Below, piece by piece: positions 23,500-36,991 of a stretch of DNA of 64,000 nt. The notes beneath the pieces are model-generated. The model was not told the origin of the DNA, did no database searches, and saw nothing but the letters and a program-made list of their open reading frames with translations. Both the position numbers and the translations under genes were made by a program. The stretch covers positions 126,760 through 190,759 of the forward strand of contig NW_005434673.1 of NCBI RefSeq assembly GCF_000315625.1. The letters are read 5' to 3'. Position 1 is the first letter of the stretch. Each line of letters opens with the position of its first letter. Source of the stretch: Guillardia theta CCMP2712. Lineage: Eukaryota; Protista; Cryptophyta.

Positions 23500-26400
23500 T
23501 TCCCGCTGTTATGATATGTCTATTGCCTTGTCTCTTAACTGATTTCAACTCCTCGCGTGACAACAGGCCTCCGTGTTGCAGCAACGGCGAATCTCTGCCA
23601 GCCTGCGAGTGGATGAAGCGATGAGGCCGGGGGACAAGGGAGAGCAGGGGCGGGGCACGTGGGGATTCAACCTGATCAAGGATCTGACGAGCACGGAACG
23701 ATGGAGGAGACAAGTCGGCAAGAGATCGCTCTTGCAGGTTGGCATCGACCTCAGCCTCGAGCTTGATGAGCTGACGTATGTCTTGAGCAGGTCAGGGGCC
23801 AGAACTTCCTTCCGCAGTCTCCAATCAGCGAAGACGGGCTGTCGGATGCTACTACAGCTTCCCTTCCCGACACGTCGTCCTCATCAGCCAACAGTGGTGC
23901 CTCGGGCTCGCCAGGAGGATCCTTGACCCTTCCGAAGACACTCGGAGGAGCAGTGCTGTACCCCCGCACGCTGAATCTTGGCAGTCAGGCTGCTGCTGTG
24001 GACAGTCGGGACGGGACTTCGCTGAAAGGCAACGGACCCATGGAAACAGCAGCAACGGAGTCATCGCTCAGCGGGGGAAAGAATTCGGATTCAGTCCTCA
24101 CAGGAACTGGAACGAGCGAAGCTCAAAGTCTTCAAGCTGACTCTCCGACGAATCCTATCACGTCGCAGTCTTCGACTCCCTCCGAGTCCAGCCTTCCCGC
24201 CCAAGGAACCTCACTCTCTGGATCCAAGGCAAGTAGTGCAAGTCCTTCCCTGCTCCCTGGTCGTTTGGAGTTTCACGACGGTGTCCCGACGTCCAGCCAG
24301 CAGGTCACCAGCTCCCGCCCAGCTCAGTCGAGACCTTCGCAGCAGTCGTCAGGCTCTGCTCTTCCTACCCTTGATGATACCGATTCTCAGCTGCAGCAGG
24401 CACCGAGTCAGAAGCCAGCTGGAGGCGTGCAAGATCAGAGGAACGAGAGGTCGGGGCAAGAGGACGCAGGGCCTTCGCTGTCATCCGGCGACCCGGCGGG
24501 GATGAAGTCGTCGCAGTCAAGTGCTGGCACGATGACAGCAGCTGCTCGCCAAACACTTGGAGGGACTGCACAGGAGCTTGTGAGACCGCAACAAGTTGCG
24601 CAAGGAGTCGATGGAGCTGGAGCCGCCCGACCTGCTCGTTCTGTGGCGAACTCAGCAATGGATGTGGCCTCCTCCTCCTCTCCTCCTCCCCCTCAGCCTC
24701 CTCCTCCTCCTCCTCATTCCCAGCGCCTGCGCGACAGAGCAGAAACTCAGCTCAGCTTCCTGGAAATTCAATCCAACAAGCTCCCATGTTTCAAGCTGGC
24801 TCCTCTTACTCGCTGGCTCCCTCTCCCTCCTCTCCTTCACCTTCCTCGCGCCCGACTTCCTTCGACTCATCGTCAACCTCATCCTTCCCTTCCAACACTG
24901 CTTCTTCTCCCTCTTCTCCTTCCTCCTCCTCCTCCTCCCCCCCCCCCTCCTCCTGGTCAATTCCGCACGGGTATGGGTCTCTCANNNNNNNNNNNNNNNN
25001 NNNNNNNNNNNNNNNNNNNNNNNNNNNNNNNNNNNNNNNNNNNNNNNNNNNNNNNNNNNNNNNNNNNNNNNNNNNNNNNNNNNNTCCCCCCCCCCTCCCT
25101 CCTCCTCCCCCCCCCTCCCTTTCTCCTCCTCCTCCTCCCTTTCTCCTCCTCCCCCTCCTCCTCCTCCTCATCGTACTCTTCCCGTCCCTCTTCTTACTCC
25201 TCCCGTCCCTCACCTCAAATCACCATCCTCCTTTCTTCCCCCCCCCCCCTCTCGCTCCTCCTCGTTCTCCCCTTCTCCTCCTTCATCAAACTCTTACAGC
25301 GGGATGCAACGGGACGCTCGGACGCAAGGATCGGACGGCAAGGTGCAGGGCGATTCTCCTTCAATGCCTGCTCAGGGCTACTCGCAACCGATTGCTGCTC
25401 CTTCCGCCCCTCCTCTCTCTAGTCCTCCAAGAGTCTCCTCCCCGACAACCAACCCCCCAGCCCCTCGTTCTCCTTCCTCTTTCCTCTCGCCCACTTCTCC
25501 CTCACCAGCTCCGCCCAGGGCTCCAACCTCCTCTTCCTCCTCTTCCTCCTCCACAGCTTCCTTTGCCTCTCCTCTTGTCCCACCCACCCCTCCCACATCT
25601 GGGAGTTCGGACAACAGAGGGCTCGCCTCCCCGGACCAGCAGCAGGCGACGGGATCCCGTGGTCCTCTGATCAGCTCCTTGCCTCCAATTCCTCAGGGTG
25701 GGACCGGCAGAGGCGGCAACATCGGTCGACCCCCAGCAGCAAGCGGAGGATATCAGCTTCCTGCTCAAGCTCCTCTCATTTCGACGCAAGAGGCTTCGCA
25801 ACCATGTGGAGCGGAAGGGGCGTGCTCGGGCAAGGGCCGGTGTGTCGGGGAAGGAGAGGAGGAGCGATGCCTCTGCGAGCCGGGCTGGGCGGGGAAGCAG
25901 TGTGAGCTCGCTTGCCCTGGCCTGACGCAGGAGGGGATGTATTGCAGCGGTGCTGGGTCTTGCTCGCCTAGTGGGGTCTGCCGCTGCGACAGCGGGAGAT
26001 GGGGGGAGGCGTGCGAGAAGCAATGCCCCGGAGGAGACGTGAACCCTTGCGGAGGGCATGGCGTGTGCAGCATGCACGGGACTTGCTCGTGCGAGGAGGG
26101 ATGGACGGGACGAGACTGCAGGCGGCTGGTCGGATCCCTCGGTGCTGCCGTCCTGTCCCGCGTGGAGGGTCTGTGCGTGGGATCTCAGGTGAACCTGCCC
26201 GAGGGATGGAGCTTGTCGGAGCAGGTGAGGAGCATGAGAGAGAGAGCACGAGGAGAGGGGGGTGGTTGAAGGGAGGTCTGCAGGTGTCGTCCAACGGCAT
26301 CGCTTCCACCCCCCAGGGAGCTGACGGGACGGAGGCGCTGCAGCGAGTGGTGGAAGGCTCCTCCCCCTTCCCCTCCCAGCTGCCAAGCAGAGCGCAGCTG

Positions 26401-27780
26401 AGGTTCTCGCGGGAAAGCAACCAGCTGCAGCTGCGGCTGGGGGACCGGATGGCGTCGGGGACTTTCTACATCTGGCATCCTGCTGATGATGGAGATCATG
26501 GCATGGGCCTCAACGACTCCCCGGCCTCCATCGACCTCGTCCTCACTCAGGTTCCCTCCTCTCACTGCTCCCGCCGCGTCTTCTCCCCCCCCCCCCCTTA
26601 TCCCTCCTCCTCCTCTTCCTCCTCGTCCTCCTCATCTTGTTCCCGTCTTGCCTTTCCCATCCTCTGAATGTCCTTTCTGCCTGCTTCCCTCCCTCCTCCT
26701 CCCCCCTCCTGATCTTCCCCAGGGCTCCATCGTCGGTACCATGCATGGACTGCTCTACTCTAACTCACACGGCAAGCTTGTCCTCGTCCTCGGTGACCCC
26801 GGCGCTCCTCGTCCTCGCCCTACAGCCTCGGGCTTTGACGAGCGCGTCCTCCTCCTCATGCTCACCAAGTCCAACGCTCTCCTCACCTCTCGCTGGCCAT
26901 GGCCGAAGCCAAACAGTATCCCTTCCTTCCGCCAGCCCGTCCCCCTCCAGCTGGACCCCAGCCCGTGGCCCCCTCTCAGCCTCCCAGGGGCAGTTTGACC
27001 CCCTCGGACCAGCTGGGAGAAGGGCAGGGGACGCAGTCACCATCTAGAGCTTCTCAGCTGGGGTCGAGCTCGGGTCAAGACCTCGCGGCACCCCAGCAAC
27101 CGATGGAGGCCGAGCGTGTCCAGAGCCCAGTAGAAGCTCAGCAGGACGAGGCCAACAAGCCGAGCGAGACGGATAACCAGCTTGTGCTGCGAACCTGCTC
27201 ATGCTGCATGCAACAGGGTGACGGGTATAAGGTCAGCACTGACATCCACCTCCTCCCTCCTCCCCCTCCTCTTCCCTCTCTCCGTCCTCCGTCCTCCCTC
27301 CTTCTGGTGTACCTCGTACCTCGTACCTCCTCTCTTCTCTCCCCTTGCACCCTTCCGCTGCTTCCCTCCCCCTTCGATATCCCTTCCTTTTTCTTCCTCG
27401 TCTCCTTTCTCCTCCTTCCCCTCCCCCTCCTCACCGAGACTGCTAGGAATGCTGCGACAAAATCGACCGCAACCTCGTCGAAGCCTTCGCGCTCTGCAGG
27501 CGTTTTGTATCCGCATTCGGACCCTCCTCCTCCTCCTCCTCCTCCTCCTCCTCCTCCTCCTCCTCCTCGAAGGGGAGGCAGAGCTTCGGAGGCTCTGCGA
27601 TAGCAGAAGAGGCTCAGAGGATGCCAGGAGGGCAGCTGGACGTAGGTCGGAGCAGGCAGGAAGAAGCTGGGGAGCGAGGAGGAAGGCACAGGAACGGAAC
27701 GGACAACGTCATCTCGTCCGTGTACGAAATCCTTCGCAACCAGAGCACGGTGAGCTTGTTGTTACTGTTCCCCTCCTCCT
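23500..27780 (+). CDS. Large Ser/Pro-rich (mucin-like) protein with three tandem tenascin-type EGF-like repeats (gapped, boundaries uncertain)
   Basis: At ~25800-26120: CSGKGRC...CLCEPGWAGKQCELACPG...CSGAGSC...CRCDSGRWGEACEKQCPGG..PCGGHGVC...CSCEEGWTGRDC. Confidence 0.7.
24985..25084. other. Assembly gap (other gaps at 27783-28432, 30702-30801, 32429-32528)
   Basis: N runs. Confidence 1.
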
Positions 27781-28935
27781 CCNNNNNNNNNNNNNNNNNN
27801 NNNNNNNNNNNNNNNNNNNNNNNNNNNNNNNNNNNNNNNNNNNNNNNNNNNNNNNNNNNNNNNNNNNNNNNNNNNNNNNNNNNNNNNNNNNNNNNNNNNN
27901 NNNNNNNNNNNNNNNNNNNNNNNNNNNNNNNNNNNNNNNNNNNNNNNNNNNNNNNNNNNNNNNNNNNNNNNNNNNNNNNNNNNNNNNNNNNNNNNNNNNN
28001 NNNNNNNNNNNNNNNNNNNNNNNNNNNNNNNNNNNNNNNNNNNNNNNNNNNNNNNNNNNNNNNNNNNNNNNNNNNNNNNNNNNNNNNNNNNNNNNNNNNN
28101 NNNNNNNNNNNNNNNNNNNNNNNNNNNNNNNNNNNNNNNNNNNNNNNNNNNNNNNNNNNNNNNNNNNNNNNNNNNNNNNNNNNNNNNNNNNNNNNNNNNN
28201 NNNNNNNNNNNNNNNNNNNNNNNNNNNNNNNNNNNNNNNNNNNNNNNNNNNNNNNNNNNNNNNNNNNNNNNNNNNNNNNNNNNNNNNNNNNNNNNNNNNN
28301 NNNNNNNNNNNNNNNNNNNNNNNNNNNNNNNNNNNNNNNNNNNNNNNNNNNNNNNNNNNNNNNNNNNNNNNNNNNNNNNNNNNNNNNNNNNNNNNNNNNN
28401 NNNNNNNNNNNNNNNNNNNNNNNNNNNNNNNNCTGCGTCTACCCGGGGGCTGGTTGTTCTTGGAGATGTAGTTGGGGTTGACAAGGCAGGTGAAGTTGTT
28501 GCGGCTGGTGCCGGACCCCTGGGGTCGGCAGGCGGCAGCTTATACCCGCGTGAGCTAGTCGGGCAGCGCCCCCCGGTGTCGCAGGCCTCGTACAGAATGG
28601 CCGCTCCAACAAAGGAAAGCGACTCTAGTAGTCTAGTCAAGTCGCTCAGTCTGAACTTGGCATTCTCTCGAAATGCTACTAATCTCCTGCCAAGGAATTC
28701 ATTGAAGTGCTTTGAAGAGCAATTCGATCGGAAGCCCATTTACCTTCATTGCAATTCTATACTTGTTTGAGTTCTGGTAACGATTATGCAAACTCTGGTC
28801 ATGAATTCATTCTGGTCTCAGTTCATGTTGTAATGTGCACGGGCTCGATGATCAAGTGACTGATTAGAGAACTGACGCATCGTTATAACGGATGAAGATA
28901 ACGACCGTAACGGATACGGAGGTCAAACTGACACA

Positions 28936-29101
28936 ATGCGGGGGCGAGCGGGCAGTGTCAACATGACGGCGATGCGCGAGAGGGCGGAGGAGGCCAGCAA
29001 GAGAGAGACAAGCCTGGCAAGCCAGGTACGATGTCCTGCTGCTGCTGCTCCCGCTCCCGCTCCTGATGCTGCTCCCGCTCCCGCTCCTGATGCTGCTCCT
29101 A

Positions 29102-29136
<35 letters not shown>

Positions 29137-32100
29137 CGGTCTAATGATACTGGCAGCTCGATCACTACCTTGGGTTAAGGAAAGATGGGTATGGGACCAA
29201 CACAGAAGGATTCTTTCACATCATATTCTTGATAGGTTCCCTTCCCTTCCCTCTCCTCGGTTGTTGTTGTGATCGTTTGTGTGCATCCTCAGTTTTCACC
29301 GCTGTGGTGATGGATCAAGCCGTTCCCAATGAAGAGTTCCACAGCTTTTGTGATAGCTTGAGCACTTTGTTTGTGATAGATAGCATTCCAGGTTGACTAG
29401 AAGTCGATTCTCACCCCTGATGTGACATGCTTTCAGAGAACGACGCAAGGAACGCAACATTGCGATGGTTCAATCAATCCATCGCAACCAAGGTCTCCTC
29501 CCCCTCATTCTGACGTTCTTACCTCTCATTCACACACACAGATCCTCCCTCCTGACGCTCAAGCTGTCGGATACTTTGGAGGAGGAAGCCTGCTTCTCGT
29601 CTCTCACATCCAGGTAGCCGCACTCGCTGCCCTCCCTCACTCCCTGACTTGACGAGCAGGTTCGACAGCTGCGGGTGGTTGCGACCCCCTGCAACAGCCT
29701 CGTGCAGACGATGACAACGAGCAGTCTGCCCTGCTACGGGGGATACACACAGAGCAACGAGTTCCGGTCTCCGCTCACCCTGAGAGCTCCGGGGTCAAAC
29801 TCATCCATCGCCTCCTACTGGGAGCTCGGGGACGGGACGTGGACGCGAGGAAAGTCTGGGACGGCCTACCCGAGCTCAGGGAACATGCTGTACCTCCCGT
29901 TGAACAGAACGGATGCGATGGCAATGCTGAGGTTGATGAGCAGCGGCTGGATGGCGCCTGGGACGCGGGCGATGCTGGTCGACTACCTTGTGATCTGCCC
30001 ATCCCTTCGGCTGTTGGGCACTGTGAGACAGATCGTGGAGTTCCTCCCCTCCGGGAAGGTGGAGACAGACGTGCGGGTGGAGGGGGCGAGGATGGAGCAC
30101 GTGCTGCCGACAGGAGACAAGCTGCAGTCAGCCGGGGTAGCAGGGGAGATCGTCGTGCTCACGTGGATCTGTCTCCTCACTGTGCGGGAGCTCTACATCC
30201 TCTTTCGCATCAGGTGGTGGTACGTGCTGGGAAAGGGGAGGCTGTGGAGGTTGTGGAGCTGGACCGTCTTTGCGCTGGGAGCAGCGAGCATGGCGTACCG
30301 CCTTCAGCCCATTCAGCTGATGAACTCGCAGAAGTATGTATTCCCTCCTACTACCAACAGGTACTTTCCCAGCTTCCAGTCCGTCCTCCTCCTCCTGCAG
30401 ACGTGGAGGACGCTACTGGGGGTGAACCTTGCGCTGTGCTGGCTGAGGAGCCTGCAGTTCATGCACAACATCTCTGTGCTCAGACCGACCCTCGAGGCCA
30501 TGGAGCGCGCTATGCTCGCTGTCATCTCCATCGTGCTCGTCTGCTTCATCCCGTTCCTCGCGCTTGCCATGGTCCACCAGCTGGTTCTCGGGGTTGGGAA
30601 TCGCTCGTTCAGGACGTTTCGAGACACTTGCCTGTCTATCTACGTCTCCATCCTCGGGGGGAAGATCATATACCTGGACTCCTCCTCCTCCTCCTCCTCC
30701 TNNNNNNNNNNNNNNNNNNNNNNNNNNNNNNNNNNNNNNNNNNNNNNNNNNNNNNNNNNNNNNNNNNNNNNNNNNNNNNNNNNNNNNNNNNNNNNNNNNN
30801 NAAAAGGCAGAAGAGAAGATTTTTGCATTATCTGAAATGATTTCGTTGGTAAGTCTTGGGTCGCGCAGACTTTCGATACGTTAAGATCGCCGGCTTGTTG
30901 AGAGTCGAGGGTCTTCTTGCATGGAGACAGGAAGACACGGCCAGCAAAGTTGTCAACACAAACGAAGATCGAGTCGTAATGAGAACGAGTAGACGGGAAG
31001 CCGGAAACAACATCGATGGAGATTGTAGCAATACGATCAGACGGAGCTGCTTGACTGTGCGACGGTCCCATCTGTGGCTTGCGATAAGATTTGTATTGGA
31101 TGCAAGATTGACAGGAAAGGATATAACGTTCGACTTGTTGACGCATAGAGGGCCAATAAACAACAGGAACAAGAGCCAAATATGTTCGAGAGAAGCCGCG
31201 GTGACTGTGAAGGTCATGGGCACGGTATAGAAGTTCTTTGCGAACAGATTGAGGAATGCAAATGCGTTGTCGGTGAAGACTATCTGTTAGAATCAGGAGA
31301 TGATTTTCAATGTGAAAATACTTGTACGATGGGTTGTTTTGAACTGCTTGATAGATTGTAGAAAAGTATAGAGGGAGGTAACATGTTGGCAGTCGATCAG
31401 AAGTTTATTGATGAAGAAGTCGGAGACCTGGAAAGGAGCATGGAAGAAGTAAGACGCAGTTGCTGCTGCTAGTCAAGATCTGATTATGCTTTGCAGGCTG
31501 GATGAGGAGATTTTAGATGAGAAGCTGAAGGTGATGGAGATAAAGATGTTTGGGGGAGAGGACGGAAAGGAGGATTTCCCAGAGAGATGTAGTGCAGCAG
31601 CAGCAGCAGCATTTCTTCTGTTTGGTCTCAATGCTTCTTCAGGTGGAGATGGTCGAGAGGAAGCGGATCGACAAGATCGAGAGCAGCATTGCATTCCTGG
31701 TTGTGAACCTGCGAGCGCTGGCGAGAAACCTTCTTAAGGTGAGGAGGAAGCGACGAGGAGAGGGCGGGGAATTGACGACGATGCGCAGGAGGAGAGGAGC
31801 AACAAGCTGCTGCAGGAACAGTCGTTGCTCCTGCTGGGGATGAAACAAGGAAGCAGCTACCAGAGTCTGAGAGAGATGAGCTCCTTGAAAAGTGAGTGGA
31901 GGAAGCAGGAGGAGGAGGTGAAGGTGGTGGTGGTGGAGGAGGAGGACAGGGAAGCAGGAGAGGGAAGGAGGGGGAAGGGGGTGGGGAAGATGGAAAGGAG
32001 GAGGGGAAGGAGGGAAAAGGCACAAGCTGGCAATGAAGAGCAGCATTGGGAGGGAACAGGGAGAAAGATACAAGAAAAGGAGGAACAGGACGACAGTCGT

Positions 32101-32428
32101 GGTCGGGTAGCGAATGGGGAAGCTAAGTTGTAAGAGGAGCTGAGAGAGCCAGGGAGCCAGGGAGCCAGGGAGCCAGGGAGCCGAGGGGCGAGGAGGAGAG
32201 GCAAAGAAGGAAGCAGCGAGGGGCACTAGGGAGAGGAAGTGACGGCTGACAGCGAGAATCGCAGGCGGGAGATGTTGAAGATGGAGGAGGAGGAGAAACA
32301 AGACCTGAAGAAAATGAAGTCGATCAGAGTCCGGGCAGAGGCAGCAGACGCGTACAACATGTGGAAGAACGGCGCGCTCGACGACCTGCTGCTGACCGAC
32401 AGGACGAACAAGTCCAGCAAGGTACATC
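28936..32428 (+). CDS. Polycystin-2/TRPP-like cation channel (spliced, interrupted by gaps)
   Basis: TOP-domain motifs VRQLRV..PC, PCYGGY, WMAPGTRAMLVDY and VEFLPSG. TM helices including LLGVNLALCWLRSLQFM; pore-helix-like FRTFRDTCLSIYVSILG. Coiled-coil C-terminal exons at ~31500-32400. Confidence 0.8.
30802..31400 (-). mobile_element. Degenerate Ty3/Gypsy LTR-retrotransposon integrase fragment
   Basis: RICIPQSVRKELLYRAHDLHSHRGFSRTY...YWPSM...CQSCIQYK (HHCC) followed by ISIDVVSGFP...YDSIFVCVDNF (start of the rve core). Stops/frameshifts flank it. Confidence 0.88.
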
Positions 32429-32728
32429 NNNNNNNNNNNNNNNNNNNNNNNNNNNNNNNNNNNNNNNNNNNNNNNNNNNNNNNNNNNNNNNNNNNNNNNN
32501 NNNNNNNNNNNNNNNNNNNNNNNNNNNNGCCTGACCAAGAAACGAAAATACCAGGAATAAAAATAGAGGAGGAGGAGGAGGAGGATCTTCACATGTATAT
32601 CTTCATATGTTTCATAATGTCAAGGTGTAAAATCGTTCGAAAGAAACCAGACAAGAAGTAACTACAGGGTTATTTACAACCTATGTACATGAGCATCTCA
32701 CTCAAAGAATAATGCAACCCTCTCGTCC

Positions 32729-34227
32729 TCACAAGCATCGGAACCCTGTCCTCAGCCCGATCGGCGAGCTGAAGGTTGAGGGGAGTTTCGCCGCCATATC
32801 CGATGACATAAACGTCTGCTTCCTCCTCAGCCTCCCGCCGTAAGGGGGGACAGGCAGACTCTCAATGCTACGGATGGATCGCAGTAGACGCTCCCCGCTG
32901 AAGGAGGGAACGAGACGTCCCTTGCTGACCTCCTGCTCGATGCTTTCCTTCAGCTCCTTCCTTGCCTCGTGGCTCGAGTCCAGCTGGGCATGCAAGTCGT
33001 CGGCGGGTCGGTGAGGAGGAGACGGATGGTCTACGGACAGACGGAGGGCAAGCCTGTGGGAATGAGATAAGAGACGGGAGGGGAGAGGGGAGGAACAGGA
33101 AAGAAGATAGAGGGCGTTGGGAAGGAGGGTGAGGGAGGAGGAGGGTGAGGAGGACGAGAAAACGAGGGAGGGGTGAGACGGTCACTTACATCACGTTGAA
33201 AATCAAACCAGCAAGGTTGATGACGACCACTCGCAGCCCGAGAGGCACGATGGTGAAGTTTGCTAAGTGAATCTGAAGGTGAACACGTTAGGAGGACAGA
33301 CGGGAGGGAGAGAGGGGCAGAGAGGAAATTCGAAGAAGAGAGGAGGACGATGCAGATCAGAGAGGAGGGAGGCGAGAGGCTGCAGGGAGGAGCAGAGGGC
33401 AGGGGGAGGAGGGAAAGGAAGCAGAAATGAGAAGAGAAGGCAACTCACAGGTAACCAGAACATCATTCCGTTGCGATGGGTGGGGAGGACTTGCTCCATG
33501 AACAACTTCTTGAAGTTGAGAAACTTGAGGTCCTTCCCTTGCGTCACAAAGTCGTAGAACCCGACGAAGGTGAAGAACAGAGTCAGGAAGCAGGGGCCAA
33601 AGAAAACCTCCAAACAGGTTCAGAAATCTCTCTCCCTCCCTCATCGGGTCTACCTGATCGACTAGGAGTTTCTGCGCAACCACGAGCATATTGGATCCTC
33701 CACCAAACACTCGATCGAGTTGGGTGAGCCTGGCGGCAACAATCAAAACTTGCACTCGAACTGGACGCAACAGACAGCAGGAGGCGGGGTCGTGGCGGAA
33801 CAGCAACGAGCTACTCACCAAGCGTCGATGATGGGAGTGCAGACCAGCGCCCACAGCGCAAACCTCATCGTCGAGAGAGCATCCCAACTCCACTTTTGCT
33901 CTGCGGATCTTCCCGTCACTCCCGATATTCTCTACCTCATCCTCCTTCAACTCATTCCATCCATCTTCCATTTCCCCATCCTCCCCCTTCCTCTCCTCGC
34001 CCCCCCTCTCCTCCCTCGCTCTCCTCCCTCGCTTTCCGTCTCCCTTCCTCCTCTCTTGCTACTTGCAAAGTTGAATCTGACCTTTGCTCCGTACAGATCT
34101 CAGATTCTGTGCAGCAAGATCCGCTGCTACACTCATCATGGATGCCGAGAGCATCTGGATATGAGGTGAGCATGGAGACAAGTTGATGAGGAAGATGTAC
34201 CTTTGCCTCCAATGGTCTTTCTTGCAT
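32729..34227 (-). CDS. Mpv17/PMP22 family membrane protein with C-terminal extension
   Basis: Exons QKLLVDQ, VFFGPCFLTLFF, GMMFWLP and ANFTIVPLGLRVVVINLAGLIFNV. Confidence 0.82.
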
Positions 34228-35489
34228 CCAATTTGAAACTATCAATCCCAAACGTCATGATCATGAAAACACCCAGACTTGCAAACCTGAATTCACTATG
34301 AGCGCTCGAAGAGGTATACTACTGGTCCCCAGTGCGTCGTACTGAACAAGATTGAGAGAGAAAAGACACATAGTTTCTGGAAGATATCTGCAAATCATTG
34401 TCAAATTATGAAACGATATCACATCATGCGATGTTTCATAAGCTCGATCAAGAAGAACTCAAATGTGAATGGTATAGAGGGTGTAACGACTGCATGGCGT
34501 CAGGTACAGCATTTGAATCATGGTAAGGGGAAGGGGATTTCGGTGTTTTGTTGTCACTTCATCTTCCATTCACATCTCAAGTTTAGAATATCAGCATGTC
34601 TTGAGCATGGCGCGCTCACAACAGGTTGGGATCCAAGGGATACAGACTGACACGCCAAGACAGGACGGGGGCGCAAGAAGCGGAGCAGTCAACATGAATG
34701 GTGAAAGTCGGAGCGGTGTGCGGAGGATGAGGAGAGGAAAGTAGGGTGGCTATGAAGAGATGTCACAGGATCATGAAGGGGAAGGGAAATGGGGAGTTGC
34801 GGCATGGCGGCATGGCGACAAGCGACAAGCGGCCATACCGGTTTGTCGTGGGACTTCTCTGATGCGCGGTTGGGGTATCTTTTTGGAATGGTTTGAAATG
34901 TATAGTGTATAAGTCTTTCTTAATATGAAATATAGAGGATAATTGTAAAGTATTTTCTCAAAATACGAAAAGTTTGAACGGGTACGGAAAGCCATCTAAG
35001 GGGAAGGTTCTGGACTTCTGGTCAAATGTTATAAAGAAGTTTTAATTTTATAAAACCGCATAAAACGGTAAGTACCAATTTTTGGCTATACTCTTTGTAG
35101 AACAGTAAATCAACAATAATTATTAATAAGATACAGCAAACAAATTCGTTGACGAGAGCAAGTTTTCATTACCAGGTTTTCAAGCCAGTACCAAGTTCGG
35201 AGGGCCATACAGTACAAAGGAATACTTATCTTCTTTTTAGATTCTACACACGGCCCCTTACAAAAATCTAAATTTATTATTGTTTGACCTCTAGCTAGGA
35301 GTGTGAACAGGTGGTCAAATTTAATAAAGTTTTAAATCTGTACTAGTATTCGCTGTTGTATAACGCTTTATAGAAATCATCTCCTTCATAACACTTTGTA
35401 GCCTCATCACCCATACTACCCAATAATACCCACCCTCATCCAGACCCTCATCCCCGCTCACAACATTGCGCCTACAGCAATGCTCTGAC

Positions 35490-36413
35490 ATGCCGCACTG
35501 TGACCACGAAGCTCCTGCAATGGCGGGGAGAGGATGCCTTGATGATGGAGAGGTGCATCAGCATAGAGGAATCAGGATCAGGATCAGGATCAGCATCAGG
35601 ATCAGAACCTGGATCAGTATCAGGATCGGAGTGGAAGAGAAGAGATGTTTGCGAAAACCTTCACTCACAATCATACAGGTGGAAAAGTTCTTGGGATGGC
35701 GACGCTGGCAAGAAAACGTATACGCTCATTGGAATTCTTCACCACGACTGGTGAGACTCAGTGGGATAATGTAAGGAGGAGCATGGAGGCTTTGGATCGC
35801 TCGCGATTTTCGTCTTGGATCAAGAACCTCTATTGCTTTTTTACCTGCTATTTGACATGCTGTGCAGCAATAGTTTCCTTCCTTGCCCAGTTGGCCGCAG
35901 CCGAGCCTTTAGATACAGAAAACAAGACCCAGCCAGCTGTCGATGCCCTAAAGAAGTTCACGATAGAAGAGTGATGATGATCTTGGTCATGCTCGCCCTG
36001 TACTCACTGGCCCTGCAGATTGCATGATTACAATGGCCAGGACAAGAGCAAGCCCGTGCTCGTTGCACTCAAGGGGAAAGTGTTCGATGTCACCTCAGAA
36101 ACCCGTTTTTATGTCCCAGGAAAACCATACGCACAGTTCTCTGGAAGGGACATAACAAGGTCCACGGCCATGTGAGCGAGGTGACACCTTGAAGGCCCAT
36201 GTGGTGACGTGGTTGGAAGGTTCTCAACAGCTGTTGAGGATCTGGATCGGGTGGACTATCCTAAGGAGAAGGAGGAATATCTTGAGAGTGAGCACATTAC
36301 CCTCAAGTCTGTGCTGTGCCTTTATTATCTGTCTAGAAATATTCCAAAGCACTTATGTACGGAAGTATCCCATAGTCGGGGAACTGCTGCCGTACGAAAG
36401 CAAAATGCCGTAA
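35490..36413 (+). CDS. Cytochrome b5-like heme/steroid-binding (MAPR family) protein
   Basis: FTIEE|LHDYNGQD..PVLVALKGKVFDVT...FY..G.PYAQFSGRDITR...KYPIVGEL. Confidence 0.9.
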
Positions 36414-36991
36414 GAAGCAGTTTGATTAGCCTGCAGGATGTGACAATACATCGCAGAGAGCCTTCAACCAGCAGTGAGCGGCATGAAGTGCCATCGCGTG
36501 CAAGAGGTGAAACTTTGGGTGAAGAAACTTGGGAGTGATGACGATCGCTATGGCAGAGTTGGGATCTGATGTAATCAAGAGTTGGCTCACTTCTCTTTTT
36601 CAATACGTCGGGATCATGAGCTCTGGGGATACAAAGCGTGAGCTTAGACGATAGGCTTGCTATGATCAGATGTAAACAACAGTTGTACATGTTCAATACA
36701 CTTCCACACAAGGGTAATCGGTTATCAACAAAGGAATTTTTATATCGCTTTTGACTATTCACATTTTCTAGTGTTGCAAATACAATACCCTGAGCATTCT
36801 TTGACTCTGGGTGGCTGGATACCTTCATATGGCACGACTGACAGATGCTATGTGCAAGCTGCATTTCTGTCCTCCTCCAACAACACTCGTCGTTTCGTAG
36901 AGGCGGCAGATCTGTCCGTCTCACTCGTTCGTTTTCTGTGACTTTCGGAGGTGGTTCGACTCGATTCTTCCGGCAACAGTCTGAAAGTCAA

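Noticed and set aside
27182-28739. Long ORFs spanning N runs
   Set aside because: Artefacts of assembly gaps.
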